DNA of 64,000 bases from an uncultured Christensenella sp. (GCA_905195085.1 CAJJUK010000001.1:41719-105718); one strand, 5' to 3'; numbered from the stretch's first letter, positions 18,105 to 28,496 are shown. The notes: generated by a model from the letters alone, not told the origin. Numbers and translations: made by a program.

Positions 18105-19384
18105 TGAAGAGAAGATTGTTTCGTCCGCCAAAAAGGAAGAGCAGGCGGAGAAAATTTTATCCAATTTTTGTTGTCTTATTGATTTTTGTTTCTTGTTTTT
18201 ATGGCAGATTTGACGTTGTGACTGGTTTTGAAAGAAACAACGGAATTGCTTATGCAACTTCTTCAGTCGAGGCTGAAAGCACGGAAGAGTTGGAAGAAAT
18301 GCTTCAAGAAGAAATTGATAAACAAATTGGCAACCTTGATTTCTCTGGCATTGAAGACATAATTTCAAAATTGAGCACCGATGCAAAAAATCTTTTTAAT
18401 TCCAATTCATTTGTTGAGAAAGTAAGTTATGTCATATCTGGTGAATATGCCGAAAATTCTGAAAATTTCTTTTCTGCAGTCCTTTCAATCTTCTGGCAGG
18501 GTTTGAAAGATTATCTTCCAATCATCGGAAGCATAATATCCATTTCCATTTTGGGTGGCATGGTTTCCAACTTGAAACCTAACACAAATGGAAAATCTGT
18601 TGGAAACATCATTCACTTTGTCACTTATGGTGTTGTCATCATTTTCCTTGGAGTTTCACTTGTGGAAATCATCAAAGTGACAACCACAACACTTACATCA
18701 GTGAAAAATATGTTTGATGGGATTTTCCCAATTTTGCTGACACTGTTGACAGCTGTTGGCGGAACAGTCTCGGTGGGAATTTATCAGCCAGCAATTGCAC
18801 TTCTGAGCAATGTTTTCATTTCTCTTATCACATATATCTTTCTTCCGCTTTTCATTTTTTCTATGGTTTTCTCAATTGTCGGAAATCTCTCAAACAACAT
18901 AAAACTGGACAAATTTGTTTCTTTTTTGCAAGGGGCGTTCAAGTGGACAATTGGTCTTTGTTTTACGATTTTTCTTGGGTTTGTGAGCATTCAAGGAATC
19001 ATGGCAGGGGCTGTTGACGGGCTTTCAATAAGGACAGCGAAATATGCAATCAAGAGTTATATTCCTGTTGTCGGCGGATATGTCTCTGACGGACTTTCCA
19101 TCATCATGGCAAGCAGTATGTTGATTAAAAATGCGGTTGGTGGTGTTGGACTTTTCTTACTTTTTTCCAGTGTGATTTCGCCAGTCATTAACCTTGCAAT
19201 CTTCATTCTTTCGCTGAAGTTTATGGCTGGAATAATTGAACCAATAGGCGACAAAAAGACGGCAAATTTCATAAGCGACATATCCAAAAGTTTGTCACTT
19301 CTTGTTGCGCTTCTTGTTGCAGTTTCGTTCATGTATTTGGTTATGACCGGGCTGATTATGTGCAGTGCCAATTTGGTGATTTAA
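18101..19384 (+). CDS. spoIIIAE: Stage III sporulation protein AE
   Basis: 427-aa polytopic membrane protein at the AE position. Confidence 0.88.
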   Translation: MMKRRLFRPPKRKSRRRKFYPIFVVLLIFVSCFYGRFDVVTGFERNNGIAYATSSVEAESTEELEEMLQEEIDKQIGNLDFSGIEDIISKLSTDAKNLFNSNSFVEKVSYVISGEYAENSENFFSAVLSIFWQGLKDYLPIIGSIISISILGGMVSNLKPNTNGKSVGNIIHFVTYGVVIIFLGVSLVEIIKVTTTTLTSVKNMFDGIFPILLTLLTAVGGTVSVGIYQPAIALLSNVFISLITYIFLPLFIFSMVFSIVGNLSNNIKLDKFVSFLQGAFKWTIGLCFTIFLGFVSIQGIMAGAVDGLSIRTAKYAIKSYIPVVGGYVSDGLSIIMASSMLIKNAVGGVGLFLLFSSVISPVINLAIFILSLKFMAGIIEPIGDKKTANFISDISKSLSLLVALLVAVSFMYLVMTGLIMCSANLVI

Positions 19385-19483
19385 AATTTTATAAAACATT
19401 GAAGTTTGCATTAATAGGCAAATTCTGAAAGTTGAAACAAAAGTAAATTTTCTTATGAAAACAAATCAAAAAAAGGAGGAGAA

Positions 19484-19981
19484 ATGGGTGCGGTATCAAG
19501 TTGGTTGTTGTCAATTGCTGGCGTCATCATTTTGAGTGTCTTGGCAGAATTTGTTCTTCCAGAAGGACAAATAAATCGATACACAAAAGTCATTTTTTCA
19601 TTCGTCATCTTGCTTGTCATCATCATGCCTCTTCCTTCCATTTTTGGAAAAGATTTTGATTTGTCTGACTACTTTGGAACGAGTGAAAGCGCATTGCAAG
19701 AGGATTATTTATATCAACTGAATTTGGACAAACTTACAACCTTGAATGAAGACCTTTCAAAGAAAATTCAAAATGAAGGAATGAATAATGTGGAGGTCTC
19801 AATCAATGCAAATGTGCTTTCACAGACATTGGAAATTTATGGTGTTTATGTCGATTTATGCGAAATTGAATATGACGAAAAATTTGAAAGTAAAGATATT
19901 GCGACAGCGAAGTTGAAAATAAGAGAGATCATAGATGGTTTTTCCATCTTAGATGGTGTGGAGGTTAAATTTAATGAGTAA
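19484..19981 (+). CDS. spoIIIAF: Stage III sporulation protein AF
   Basis: Two N-terminal TM helices plus a soluble domain. AGGAGGAG SD. Operon position fits. Confidence 0.82.
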   Translation: MGAVSSWLLSIAGVIILSVLAEFVLPEGQINRYTKVIFSFVILLVIIMPLPSIFGKDFDLSDYFGTSESALQEDYLYQLNLDKLTTLNEDLSKKIQNEGMNNVEVSINANVLSQTLEIYGVYVDLCEIEYDEKFESKDIATAKLKIREIIDGFSILDGVEVKFNE

Positions 19982-20492
19982 AATTAAAGAATTTTGGGCG
20001 AAACTGAAATCTATTAAACAATTTGAGATTTGGGTTGCTGTTGTCATTGGGCTTTTGGTTTGTGTGATTTATTTCTCTTTCTTCTCACAACCAAAAAACG
20101 ACAGCATTGAAAATGATGCGACAAAAGAATACTCTTCCGCTGAGGAATATGTGGACTACCTTGAGAATAAGTTATGTAATGTATTGTCCAAGATTTCTGG
20201 CGTGGGTGATTGCAGTGTGATTATCACTTTGGAAAGTGGTTTTTCTTATGAGTATGCAACCGAAACAGACACGAAAACCACAGTTTCAGGTGGAACAGAA
20301 ACGACAATAACAACAGAAACAGTCATTCTTGTTTCTAATGAGCCTGTGATTATCAAGGAAAATTATCCTGTCATAAAGGGGGTGGTGATTGTTGCAAAAG
20401 GTGCAGAAAACTTTTCAATTAAGATGGACATCTTAGAAGCTGTTGAAACTGTCTTGGAAGTTGACAGTGGCAATATAACAATTCTTTCATAA
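19974..20492 (+). CDS. spoIIIAG: Stage III sporulation protein AG
   Basis: N-terminal TM helix and a ring-building-motif-like C-domain (GVGDCSVIITLESG...IKGVVIVAKGA). ATG 19974 overlaps the spoIIIAF stop. Confidence 0.85.
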   Translation: MSKIKEFWAKLKSIKQFEIWVAVVIGLLVCVIYFSFFSQPKNDSIENDATKEYSSAEEYVDYLENKLCNVLSKISGVGDCSVIITLESGFSYEYATETDTKTTVSGGTETTITTETVILVSNEPVIIKENYPVIKGVVIVAKGAENFSIKMDILEAVETVLEVDSGNITILS

Positions 20493-20505
20493 AAGGAGAT
20501 AAAAC

Positions 20506-20973
20506 ATGAAAAAAAGAACAAAAATCATCATTCTTTCACTTATGATTGTCCTCTTGGGAGTGACAGGATATTTGAACATTGTTTTGAACAATTCAATCAA
20601 AGAAACAAACACTGGTGTGACGACAACAAGTTATTTCACATCTTATCGCAATGACAGAGAAAGCACTCGCGATCAAGAAATTTTGTATTATGATGCAATC
20701 ATTGACAGTGCATCATCAACAGAAGCGGCAATTGCTGCAGCAGAACAAGCAAAACTTGACCTTATTGAAACAATGGAAAAAGAACTTGCTGTTGAAGGAC
20801 TCATCAAAGCACAAGGATTTTCTGATTGTGTGATTGCAATTTCTGACACAAAAGTTAATGTTGTTGTCAAGAGCACAACACTTACAGAAAATGAAGTTGC
20901 TCAAATTTCAACAATTGTCAAAGAACAACTTGGCACAGAACTTAAAAATATTGTGATAATTCCAGCAGAATAA
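20506..20973 (+). CDS. spoIIIAH: Stage III sporulation protein AH
   Basis: N-terminal TM helix plus a soluble domain. It is the last gene of the cluster. AAGGAG SD. Confidence 0.8.
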   Translation: MKKRTKIIILSLMIVLLGVTGYLNIVLNNSIKETNTGVTTTSYFTSYRNDRESTRDQEILYYDAIIDSASSTEAAIAAAEQAKLDLIETMEKELAVEGLIKAQGFSDCVIAISDTKVNVVVKSTTLTENEVAQISTIVKEQLGTELKNIVIIPAE

Positions 20974-21032
20974 TTTGCAAAATGTTATAACTTATGATAA
21001 AATATCTTTGTTATTAACACAAGGAGAAGGTT

Positions 21033-21401
21033 ATGGCAGTAAAAAACCAAGACACCAATAATGGAAAAATCACTTTGGACAGAAAAATTCTTGTTTCAAT
21101 CATAAATCTGGCTGCAAAGGAAATCAATGGCGTTGAGAGTGTGACAAATTCCGCTCGTCCATGGTATAAAAAACTTTTCAATCGTTATGACGACGGGGTG
21201 GAAATCAAATTTGAGAAAAATGGAGCACTCACTGTTGATGTTTATATCAATATCTACATTGGATTCAGCGTTCCGGACATTGCATACAGAGTTCAAGAAA
21301 ACATCAGAAACTCACTTGCAACAATGGTTGCATTGAAACCACTCAAAATCAACATTCATGTCATCAATGTGGAATGTGACAAAGAGGTGGAAAATGCGTA
21401 A
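21033..21401 (+). CDS. Asp23/Gls24 family envelope stress protein
   Basis: ITLDRKILVSIINLAAKEINGVESV is the typical Asp23 N-terminal motif. 122 aa. Confidence 0.85.
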   Translation: MAVKNQDTNNGKITLDRKILVSIINLAAKEINGVESVTNSARPWYKKLFNRYDDGVEIKFEKNGALTVDVYINIYIGFSVPDIAYRVQENIRNSLATMVALKPLKINIHVINVECDKEVENA

Positions 21402-21774
21402 CGACGCACGTGAGAATGCCTTTAAATTGATTTTTGAAAGTTTGTTTCATGAATACGACGAACAACTTTCCAAGGGAAATTTGACTGTCTTGAAAAAAGA
21501 AGATGACAACAAGTTTTTTGAAGATATAATGAAGAACTTCAACGAACATAAAAAATTTCTCAAAGAAGAAATTGAAAAACATCTGAAAAATTTTGAATAT
21601 GACAGACTTTTTAAAATCGATTTGGCAATAATATATCTTGCAGTCACAGAAATCAAATTTTGTGAAACTCCTAAGGCTGTTGCAATCAATGAAGCACTGG
21701 AACTTGCAAAAAAATATAGCACAGAGAAATCTTCAAAATTTATTAATGGACTAGTTTCTGCCATAGTCAATTAG
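21394..21774 (+). CDS. nusB: Transcription antitermination factor NusB
   Basis: MRNDARENAFKLIF... and INEALELAKKYS..SSKFINGLV are NusB signatures. ATG 21394 follows AAGAGGTGG. Confidence 0.9.
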   Translation: MRNDARENAFKLIFESLFHEYDEQLSKGNLTVLKKEDDNKFFEDIMKNFNEHKKFLKEEIEKHLKNFEYDRLFKIDLAIIYLAVTEIKFCETPKAVAINEALELAKKYSTEKSSKFINGLVSAIVN

Positions 21775-21780
21775 AAATAG

Positions 21781-22968
21781 ATGTCAAATTCAAATTTTAC
21801 TTTAACAGTAACAAAATTCAACACAATAATAAGGGATATTTTCAACGCCGAAGAGTTGCTCCACAATGTCAAGATTGCTGGGGAAGTCTTTGGCGTTTCT
21901 CTTTCCAAAACTGCTGTTTATTTTTCCATTAAAGACGAGGCAAGTTCTTTGCCTTGTGTTTGTTTTTATGGCGAACTTGCAAAAGACATCAAAGAAGGCG
22001 ACATGGTCGTCGTTACAGGAAGTCCAAATTATTACGCAAAAAGCGGAAGATTCAATTTTGTTGTAAATAAGATTGAACCGTTTGGACAAGGACTTTTGTA
22101 TCAAAGATTCTTGCTTTTGAAAGAGCAACTCGAAAAAGAGGGTTTGTTTGACCAATCACACAAAAAACCAATTCCTACAAACGTTAAGAGAATTGGAGTT
22201 GTGACATCAAAAGATGGAGCAGTCATTCAAGATATCAAAAATGTGACATGGAGAAGAAACCCTGGAATTGACATTGTGCTTTATGACACCAAAGTTCAAG
22301 GAAACGGAGCCGAAAGAGAAATTGCTGAGGGGATTAAATTCTTTTCTGAATATGACAATGTTGATGTTGTCATTGTTGCTCGTGGGGGTGGAAGTCTGGA
22401 AGATTTGTCGGCATACAACACTGAACTTGTTGCTCGTGCAACTTATGATTGCAAAAAGCCGATTGTGTCAGCTGTTGGACATGAGACCGATTTCACAATC
22501 ATAGACTTTGTTTCTGACCTTAGAGCGCCAACACCGAGTGCTGCGGCAGAGCTTTTGGCAAAAGACACAAAGTCGCACAAAATGGCATTAAAGAAGGATA
22601 TATCGCGTCTTTCTCGAAACATTGACACCTACATTGCAGACAAAACATTGCAATTTCAAGGAACAAAAAACATCATTGTTTCAATGGTTGAAGATATGGT
22701 GGCAGATAAGAAACTGCAGATTGAGAAACTGACGAATCAAATATCAAGCAAGTTGAATGAATTTGTTGTTAAGAGAGATTATGAACTCAAACTCAAACTT
22801 GCCACATTAAAGAAACTTAATCCGCTTGACATATTGTCACAAGGATATGCTAAAATAGAACAAAATGGAAAACCAATCGGACTGGCAAAAAACGTTGACT
22901 TTGGCAGTCAAATTGAAATCAACTTTTCAGATGGCTGTGTTAAAGCAATGCCACAAAATAAGGAGTGA
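21781..22968 (+). CDS. xseA: Exodeoxyribonuclease VII large subunit
   Basis: N-terminal OB fold and the catalytic region VARGGGSLEDL. Confidence 0.93.
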   Translation: MSNSNFTLTVTKFNTIIRDIFNAEELLHNVKIAGEVFGVSLSKTAVYFSIKDEASSLPCVCFYGELAKDIKEGDMVVVTGSPNYYAKSGRFNFVVNKIEPFGQGLLYQRFLLLKEQLEKEGLFDQSHKKPIPTNVKRIGVVTSKDGAVIQDIKNVTWRRNPGIDIVLYDTKVQGNGAEREIAEGIKFFSEYDNVDVVIVARGGGSLEDLSAYNTELVARATYDCKKPIVSAVGHETDFTIIDFVSDLRAPTPSAAAELLAKDTKSHKMALKKDISRLSRNIDTYIADKTLQFQGTKNIIVSMVEDMVADKKLQIEKLTNQISSKLNEFVVKRDYELKLKLATLKKLNPLDILSQGYAKIEQNGKPIGLAKNVDFGSQIEINFSDGCVKAMPQNKE

Positions 22969-22971
22969 TTT

Positions 22972-23175
22972 ATGAGTTACGAAGAAGCAATAAAGGAAAT
23001 GGAAGAAATAATTGAAAAACTTGAGAATGAGCAATTGCCGTTGAAGAAAGCACAAGAACTTTTTGAGCGTGCAAGCGAACTCGCAAAATTCTCTCAAGAA
23101 GAACTTTCCAAAACAACAGGAAAATTATATCAAATCAAGAAAGAACTTGACCAAATCACAGAGGAGGAAGTATGA
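22972..23175 (+). CDS. xseB: Exodeoxyribonuclease VII small subunit
   Basis: 67-aa helical protein MSYEEAIKEMEEIIEKLE immediately after xseA. Confidence 0.9.
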   Translation: MSYEEAIKEMEEIIEKLENEQLPLKKAQELFERASELAKFSQEELSKTTGKLYQIKKELDQITEEEV

Positions 23176-24902
23176 AAATAAGCAAACTTGTTGGAGAACG
23201 ACTGAAAGATGCTCCAAACAATGCAACATTAAAAAGTCACATTTTACTTTTGCGTGCGGGCTACATAAAACAAGTCAGCACAGGAATTTTTTCTTTGCTT
23301 CCACCAGCACAAAGAGTAAACTTGAAAATTCAAAACATTATCAGAGAAGAAATGAACAATCTTGGTGGGCAAGAAGTTCTTTTCCCTGTTGTTATGCCAC
23401 GCGAACTTTGGGAAATGTCTGGAAGATACGGAACAATTCAAGAAGAACTTTTGCGTTTTAAAGACAGAAATGGACATGACATGGTTTTGGGTATGACTCA
23501 TGAAGAAGCAGCTGTTCATATGGCTTTGAACACCATCAAAAGTTATGATCAATTGCCTTTTATGATTTATCAAATTCAAACAAAATACAGAGATGAAGCA
23601 AGACCACGTGGTGGACTTATCAGAGTGAGAGAGTTCACAATGAAAGACGCATACTCATTTCACACATCACAGGAAGATTTGGAAAACTTCTACAAAAAAG
23701 TGTATGACGCTTATGTCAGAATCTATAAAAGAATTGGATTTAAAAACTTTATATCTGTCAAGAGTGACAGTGGCATGATGGGTGGAAAGGTTGCTGATGA
23801 ATTTATGGCTGTGACAGATTCTGGGGAAGATAGACTTGTGCTTTGCTCTGAATGTAACTACAGCAGCAATATGGAAGTTGCAGATTCAATCAAAGATGAA
23901 AATGACGGACAGATGACAGGGGAAATGGAAGAAGTTTTCACTGGCAATGCTCACACTATTGAAGAGGTTTGTGCCTTCCTTGAAACTGATTCAAAGCACA
24001 CTGCAAAAGCTGTTTGTTATCAAACATTAGATGAAAGACTTGTCGTAGCTTTTCTTCGTGGAGACTGTGACGTGAACGAAACAAAGTTGAAAAAACTTGT
24101 TCAAAGTGAATTATATCCTGTTGAAGTGGAAAAATATGGATTGGAAGCGGGAAACATTGGTTGCGTAAACTTGAATGTTCCAGAAAATTCTTTTGTGTTC
24201 TTTGATGAAACTTTGAAGGGATTGGGAAGTTTTGTTACTGGAGCAAATAAAAAAGACTTCCACTTGAAAAATGTAAGCATTTCAAGAGATGTCAAAGTTG
24301 ACAAATTTGTGAATATCTCTCTGGTTAGAGAAGGTGATTTGTGCCCAGTTTGTCATAAGCCTTTGCATTTAAGCCGTGGTATTGAAATTGGCAACATTTT
24401 CCAACTCGGAACAAAATACACAAAACCTATGGGAATGAAAATAACAATGCCAGACGGAACCGTGAAAGAACCTATCATGGGCTGTTACGGAATTGGTGTT
24501 GGAAGATGTCTTGCAAGCATTATCGAAGAAAAAGCAGATGATAAGGGACTTATTTGGCCAATGACAATTGCACCTTGGCAAGTTCATTTCTGCCCAATCA
24601 GATTGGATAACGAAAATGTCAGTGCGGTTGCAGACGAACTCTACAAAAAGATGGAAAATGCAGGCATTGAAGTTTTGTTTGATGACAGGAATATTTCTGC
24701 AGGAATCAAACTTACTGACAGCGAACTTATGGGTATGCCAATTAGGGTTGTTATAAGTCCAAAAACACTGGCAAACGGAACAGCAGAAGTCACAGTCAGA
24801 GGAGAAGAAGGCGAACCTCTGTTTATCCCAATAGCAGACTTAATTCCAGAACTTAAAGTCATGATTCAAGATGAGATTGATGAAATTGAGAAATCTTTAT
24901 AA
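23172..24902 (+). CDS. proS: Proline--tRNA ligase (bacterial type with INS editing domain)
   Basis: 576 aa with class II motifs (YQIQTKYRDEARPRGGLIRVREF, GCYGIGVGR). Confidence 0.95.
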   Translation: MKISKLVGERLKDAPNNATLKSHILLLRAGYIKQVSTGIFSLLPPAQRVNLKIQNIIREEMNNLGGQEVLFPVVMPRELWEMSGRYGTIQEELLRFKDRNGHDMVLGMTHEEAAVHMALNTIKSYDQLPFMIYQIQTKYRDEARPRGGLIRVREFTMKDAYSFHTSQEDLENFYKKVYDAYVRIYKRIGFKNFISVKSDSGMMGGKVADEFMAVTDSGEDRLVLCSECNYSSNMEVADSIKDENDGQMTGEMEEVFTGNAHTIEEVCAFLETDSKHTAKAVCYQTLDERLVVAFLRGDCDVNETKLKKLVQSELYPVEVEKYGLEAGNIGCVNLNVPENSFVFFDETLKGLGSFVTGANKKDFHLKNVSISRDVKVDKFVNISLVREGDLCPVCHKPLHLSRGIEIGNIFQLGTKYTKPMGMKITMPDGTVKEPIMGCYGIGVGRCLASIIEEKADDKGLIWPMTIAPWQVHFCPIRLDNENVSAVADELYKKMENAGIEVLFDDRNISAGIKLTDSELMGMPIRVVISPKTLANGTAEVTVRGEEGEPLFIPIADLIPELKVMIQDEIDEIEKSL

Positions 24903-24914
24903 AGGAGTTTGATA

Positions 24915-25448
24915 ATGGTTAAAATCAAAACTAAATTGGACGAAAATGCAACCAAAGAAATCACAAATTTCCAAATGAAAAAAATTTGGTGGCTATATTT
25001 GTTGTTTTCACTGATATTCATTTTGTTGGGTGCGCTTACGATAATCGAAGACCCAGGAATGATTGCAACTGCGGTTGTGTTTATTGTCATTGGAGTTTTG
25101 TTTACACCATTATGCATATTGCTGACTAAGGGAATTTCAAAAAGTAATAACAATTTATCCCCATTGCTTAAAGATGAAATTGTTGAGACTTACAGATTTG
25201 ATGATAACAAGTTCACAATTGAGCAAACCAAGGGTGACACTTTTAAATCTTTCACAGAAAGTGAATATTCATACATCCACATGGTCAGAGAAACTGACAA
25301 ATATTGGCTTCTTTATATTTCAACATCTCAAGTTCATCTTCTTCCAAAAGACAAAATCACAGAAGGTTCAGTTGGGGAATTAAATGATATTTTCAAACAA
25401 AAACTTAAGAATAAATTTTTTGCATATAATAAGAAAGAAAAAAAATAA
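24915..25448 (+). CDS. YcxB-like membrane protein
   Basis: Two N-terminal TM helices and a C-terminal segment ...YWLLYISTSQVHLLPKDKI... typical of the YcxB family. AAGGAG lies 7 nt before ATG 24915. Confidence 0.6.
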   Translation: MVKIKTKLDENATKEITNFQMKKIWWLYLLFSLIFILLGALTIIEDPGMIATAVVFIVIGVLFTPLCILLTKGISKSNNNLSPLLKDEIVETYRFDDNKFTIEQTKGDTFKSFTESEYSYIHMVRETDKYWLLYISTSQVHLLPKDKITEGSVGELNDIFKQKLKNKFFAYNKKEKK

Positions 25449-25510
25449 TAAAAAATTGAAAAATGTTTAACAAAATAATATAAGGAATCTATATAAAAGA
25501 GGTGAATTAT

Positions 25511-26539
25511 ATGGAAAAAGAAAAGTATATAATCACAGGAGCAACAGGTCACATTGGAAATGTTCTGGCAAGAAAACTTTGCAAGCAGAATAAAGATGTA
25601 ACTGCATTTGTTTTGCCAAATGAAGATTTGACACCAATTAAAAATTTGAATTTGAAAATTGTTTATGGTGACGTCACTGACAGAGAAGCGGTTTTCAAAT
25701 TGATTGAAAAAAATTCCATTGTGATGCATTTGGCTGGAATCATTGATATAGGAACAATGCAAGAAGAAATCATTAGAAAAGTCAATGTGGAAGGGACAAA
25801 AAATGTCGTTGATGCTTGTGTTGAAAATCAAGCAAAAAAATTGATATATCTCAGCACCGTTCACATCATCGACCCACAAAATGAAGGAGATATTCTTGTT
25901 GAACCAACTGTCTTTGACAAAAATAAGGTTGTGGGGAATTATGCAAAAACAAAATTGGAAGCAACAAAATACATCTTTGATGCTTGCAAAGAAAAAGGGC
26001 TGAAAGCATCTGTTTTGTATCCTTCCGGTGTTTTGGGACCTTATGATTACAAAATTTCCGAACTTGGCCAAGTCATTTTGGATTATATGAATCACAAACT
26101 TATTGCCTATGTCAAAGGCGGATATAACTTTGTCGATGTCAGAGATGTCGTTGATGCTGCAGTGAATGCAGTAACTATGGGGCGTGACGGTGAAGGTTAT
26201 ATTGTCAGTGGTCGTGCTGTTGACTTGAAAGAACTTCTAAGCATAATCAACAAGAAACTAGGGCGCAAAAGACTTCCTCCAAAGATTGCATTGTGGTTTG
26301 TGAGAATGTTTGCAGGGTTAAGCAATTTGTATTACAAAATGAGAAAAAAGAAACCTGTCTTTTCAAAATATTCACTCTATACTTTGAATGTAAATCACAA
26401 TTTCAGCAATGAAAAAGCAAAGAAAGAACTCAAGTTCAAACCAAGAGATGTTGTTGAAAGTGTGAATGATTCAGTTGATTGGTTCATCAAGAATAAGCCA
26501 GAACTTGTCAACTTCAAAAAACTCAACATAGACAAATAA
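25511..26539 (+). CDS. NAD-dependent epimerase/dehydratase family (extended SDR) protein
   Basis: ITGATGHIGNVLARKL Rossmann motif and YAKTK (YxxxK). ~340 aa. Confidence 0.85.
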   Translation: MEKEKYIITGATGHIGNVLARKLCKQNKDVTAFVLPNEDLTPIKNLNLKIVYGDVTDREAVFKLIEKNSIVMHLAGIIDIGTMQEEIIRKVNVEGTKNVVDACVENQAKKLIYLSTVHIIDPQNEGDILVEPTVFDKNKVVGNYAKTKLEATKYIFDACKEKGLKASVLYPSGVLGPYDYKISELGQVILDYMNHKLIAYVKGGYNFVDVRDVVDAAVNAVTMGRDGEGYIVSGRAVDLKELLSIINKKLGRKRLPPKIALWFVRMFAGLSNLYYKMRKKKPVFSKYSLYTLNVNHNFSNEKAKKELKFKPRDVVESVNDSVDWFIKNKPELVNFKKLNIDK

Positions 26540-26587
26540 ATTTTCACTGTTTGTCCTAAACAAAAGCAATTCAAAATATAATAAAAT

Positions 26588-27217
26588 ATGAAGAAAAACA
26601 ATCTAAGGTGGGCATTTAAGACACTTATTCTCTCCATATTTCTATCTATTGTGTTCAGTGTTGTGTCACAAAGCCTTTTTCCAAATCTATCAATTTTTCT
26701 TTCACTTTTTATCATTGCGTTTTTCATTGTTGTCAGTGTAATTTTTGACATGATAAGCGTCGCAGTGACATCAATCAAGATTGAACAGATTGAAAAATAT
26801 TCCAAACAAAAGGGCTATCAAACGGCAATTAAGCTTTGTCAAAACACAGAAAAGGTTTCTTCATTTTGCGGAGATGTTGTGGGTGACATTTGCGGAATCT
26901 TGAGTGGTGCAGGGGGTGTCAGTCTTGTTCTTAATATGCATCTGCAAGATGAAACAATTTATTTCATTGTGACTTGTGTTGTCAGTGCATTGATTGCAGG
27001 ATTGACAATTTTCGGGAAAGCAGTCATGAAAGGATATTCTGTTGATAAGTGTGAAAATGTCGTCATGAAAACAGCAAGCATAATGGAAACATCTCCGCTG
27101 GCATTGATAAAAGGGATTAAGTTCAGAAAAAATAAAGTTGGAAATAAAAACAAGAGTAATGATTTTGATGATAAAAGCAAAAAATCAGAAAATGCTGAAA
27201 AAATTTTGAAAAAATGA
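26588..27217 (+). CDS. Membrane protein, possibly DUF21/CNNM-like TM domain only
   Basis: 4 predicted TM helices. IEQIEKYSKQKGYQTAIKL...SFCGDVVGDICGILSGAGG loosely follows the DUF21 pattern. No CBS pair. Confidence 0.45.
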   Translation: MKKNNLRWAFKTLILSIFLSIVFSVVSQSLFPNLSIFLSLFIIAFFIVVSVIFDMISVAVTSIKIEQIEKYSKQKGYQTAIKLCQNTEKVSSFCGDVVGDICGILSGAGGVSLVLNMHLQDETIYFIVTCVVSALIAGLTIFGKAVMKGYSVDKCENVVMKTASIMETSPLALIKGIKFRKNKVGNKNKSNDFDDKSKKSENAEKILKK

Positions 27218-27246
27218 TTGACATAAAAATTTCATTGTGATATTAT
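27218..27246 (+). promoter_or_regulatory. Sigma-A promoter of the infC-rpmI-rplT operon
   Basis: TTGACA, 17-nt spacer, TG-a-TATTAT (extended -10). Confidence 0.7.
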
Positions 27247-27386
27247 ATTGCAGTAAGAAAGCAGAAGTTCTCCTTCTCACCCATCGAATTTCGTTTTGAT
27301 GTGGTCAAAAATTTGAATATCTTTATTGATGATAATTTTTGATTTGTGTGATTTTTGGTAGAACTTTGCGTCCTACCAAATTTTTT
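27247..27386 (+). promoter_or_regulatory. infC operon leader with attenuator terminator (L20-leader type)
   Basis: ~140-nt untranslated leader ending in TTTGGTAG-aactttgcgtc-CTACCAAA plus T6 (27354-27386), just before the infC SD. This position is typical of the Firmicute L20 autoregulatory leader. The fold was not verified. Confidence 0.55.
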
Positions 27387-27407
27387 ATTAAAAAGGAGAT
27401 TACGACA

Positions 27408-27920
27408 ATTTTTAAGGAATTATTGATCAATGATCAAATCACTTCAAAAGAAGTTAGATTGATTGGAGAAGAAGGAGAGCAACTTGGGGTTCTCTCAAAA
27501 TCAGAAGCACAAAACATTGCTGACAAGCAAGGGTTGGATTTGGTGCTTATGTCGCCAAACGCAAATCCACCAGTTTGCAAACTTATGGACTATGGCAAAT
27601 ATAAGTTTGACACAGTCAAGAAAGAAAAGGAAATTCGCAAAAATCAAAAAATAAGTGAAGTTAAAGAAATTCAACTTTCAATGAGAATTGATGAATATCA
27701 CATCAGTTTCAAACTTAAAAATGCTCAGAAGATCTTGCAAGACGGGGACAAAGTCAAAGTGTCATTGCGCATGAGAGGAAGAGAACAAGCATATTCACAA
27801 AATGCTGTTGAGATTGTGAAGAAGTTTGTCCAAGATTTGTCAGAATATGGTTCAATTGACAAAGAGCCTGTAATTATGGGCAGAAATGTCTTTGTCGTAA
27901 TCAACCCTAAAAAAAGCTAA
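27408..27920 (+). CDS. infC: Translation initiation factor IF-3
   Basis: INDQITSKEVRLIGEEGEQLG... is canonical IF-3. No in-frame ATG/GTG/TTG follows the AAGGAG SD (27393-27398). ATT at 27408 is the likely non-canonical start, as known for infC. Confidence 0.9.
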   Translation: MFKELLINDQITSKEVRLIGEEGEQLGVLSKSEAQNIADKQGLDLVLMSPNANPPVCKLMDYGKYKFDTVKKEKEIRKNQKISEVKEIQLSMRIDEYHISFKLKNAQKILQDGDKVKVSLRMRGREQAYSQNAVEIVKKFVQDLSEYGSIDKEPVIMGRNVFVVINPKKS

Positions 27921-27940
27921 AATAAAAGGAGAAAAGGAAA

Positions 27941-28135
27941 ATGCCTAAAATGAAAACACACAGTGGTGCAAAGAAAAGATTTTCACTCACTGCAACAGGA
28001 AAAGTTAAGTATGCAAGACCAAACAAAGGTCACTTCTTGACAAACAAAAACAAAAATCGTAAAAGAAAACTCAGAAAAGGGTCTTATATTGCTGGAAAGA
28101 ATGCAAGCAACATCAAGACATTGCTCTGCAAGTAA
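27941..28135 (+). CDS. rpmI: 50S ribosomal protein L35
   Basis: MPKMKTHSGAKKRF... 64 aa. Confidence 0.95.
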   Translation: MPKMKTHSGAKKRFSLTATGKVKYARPNKGHFLTNKNKNRKRKLRKGSYIAGKNASNIKTLLCK

Positions 28136-28148
28136 TTAGGAGGGGAAA

Positions 28149-28496
28149 ATGAGAATTAAAAGAGGAGTAAACGCAGTTAAGAAGCGTAGAAAAATTTTAA
28201 AACAAGCAAAAGGTTACTTTGGAGCAAAGAGTAAACTTTACAGAACAGCAAGAGAACAAGTTATGAAGAGCGGACAATATGCTTATATTGGACGTAAACA
28301 AAAGAAGAGAGATTTCCGTGCTCTTTGGATCACAAGAATCAATGCTGCTTGCAGATTGAATGACATTTCATACAGCAGATTCATTAACGGACTCAAGAAA
28401 GCAAATGTGACTCTTAACAGAAAAGTTCTTGCTGATATGGCTGTAAGAGAACCAGAAGCTTTTGCCAACCTTGTTGAAGTTGCTAAGAAGGCATAA
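28149..28496 (+). CDS. rplT: 50S ribosomal protein L20
   Basis: [25 protein letters not shown]... 115 aa. Confidence 0.96.
   Translation: MRIKRGVNAVKKRRKILKQAKGYFGAKSKLYRTAREQVMKSGQYAYIGRKQKKRDFRALWITRINAACRLNDISYSRFINGLKKANVTLNRKVLADMAVREPEAFANLVEVAKKA

Noticed and set aside
25334-26095. 253-aa ORF on the minus strand. Similar long antisense ORFs occur at 51136-52230, 2866-3642, 39894-40478, 42732-43316 and 33471-34025.
   Set aside because: All lie antisense to strongly supported genes (epimerase, clpX/clpP, the rho-like gene, hslU, topA, queA). Their translations are low-complexity and rich in F, I, N and C, as expected for shadow frames in AT-rich DNA.
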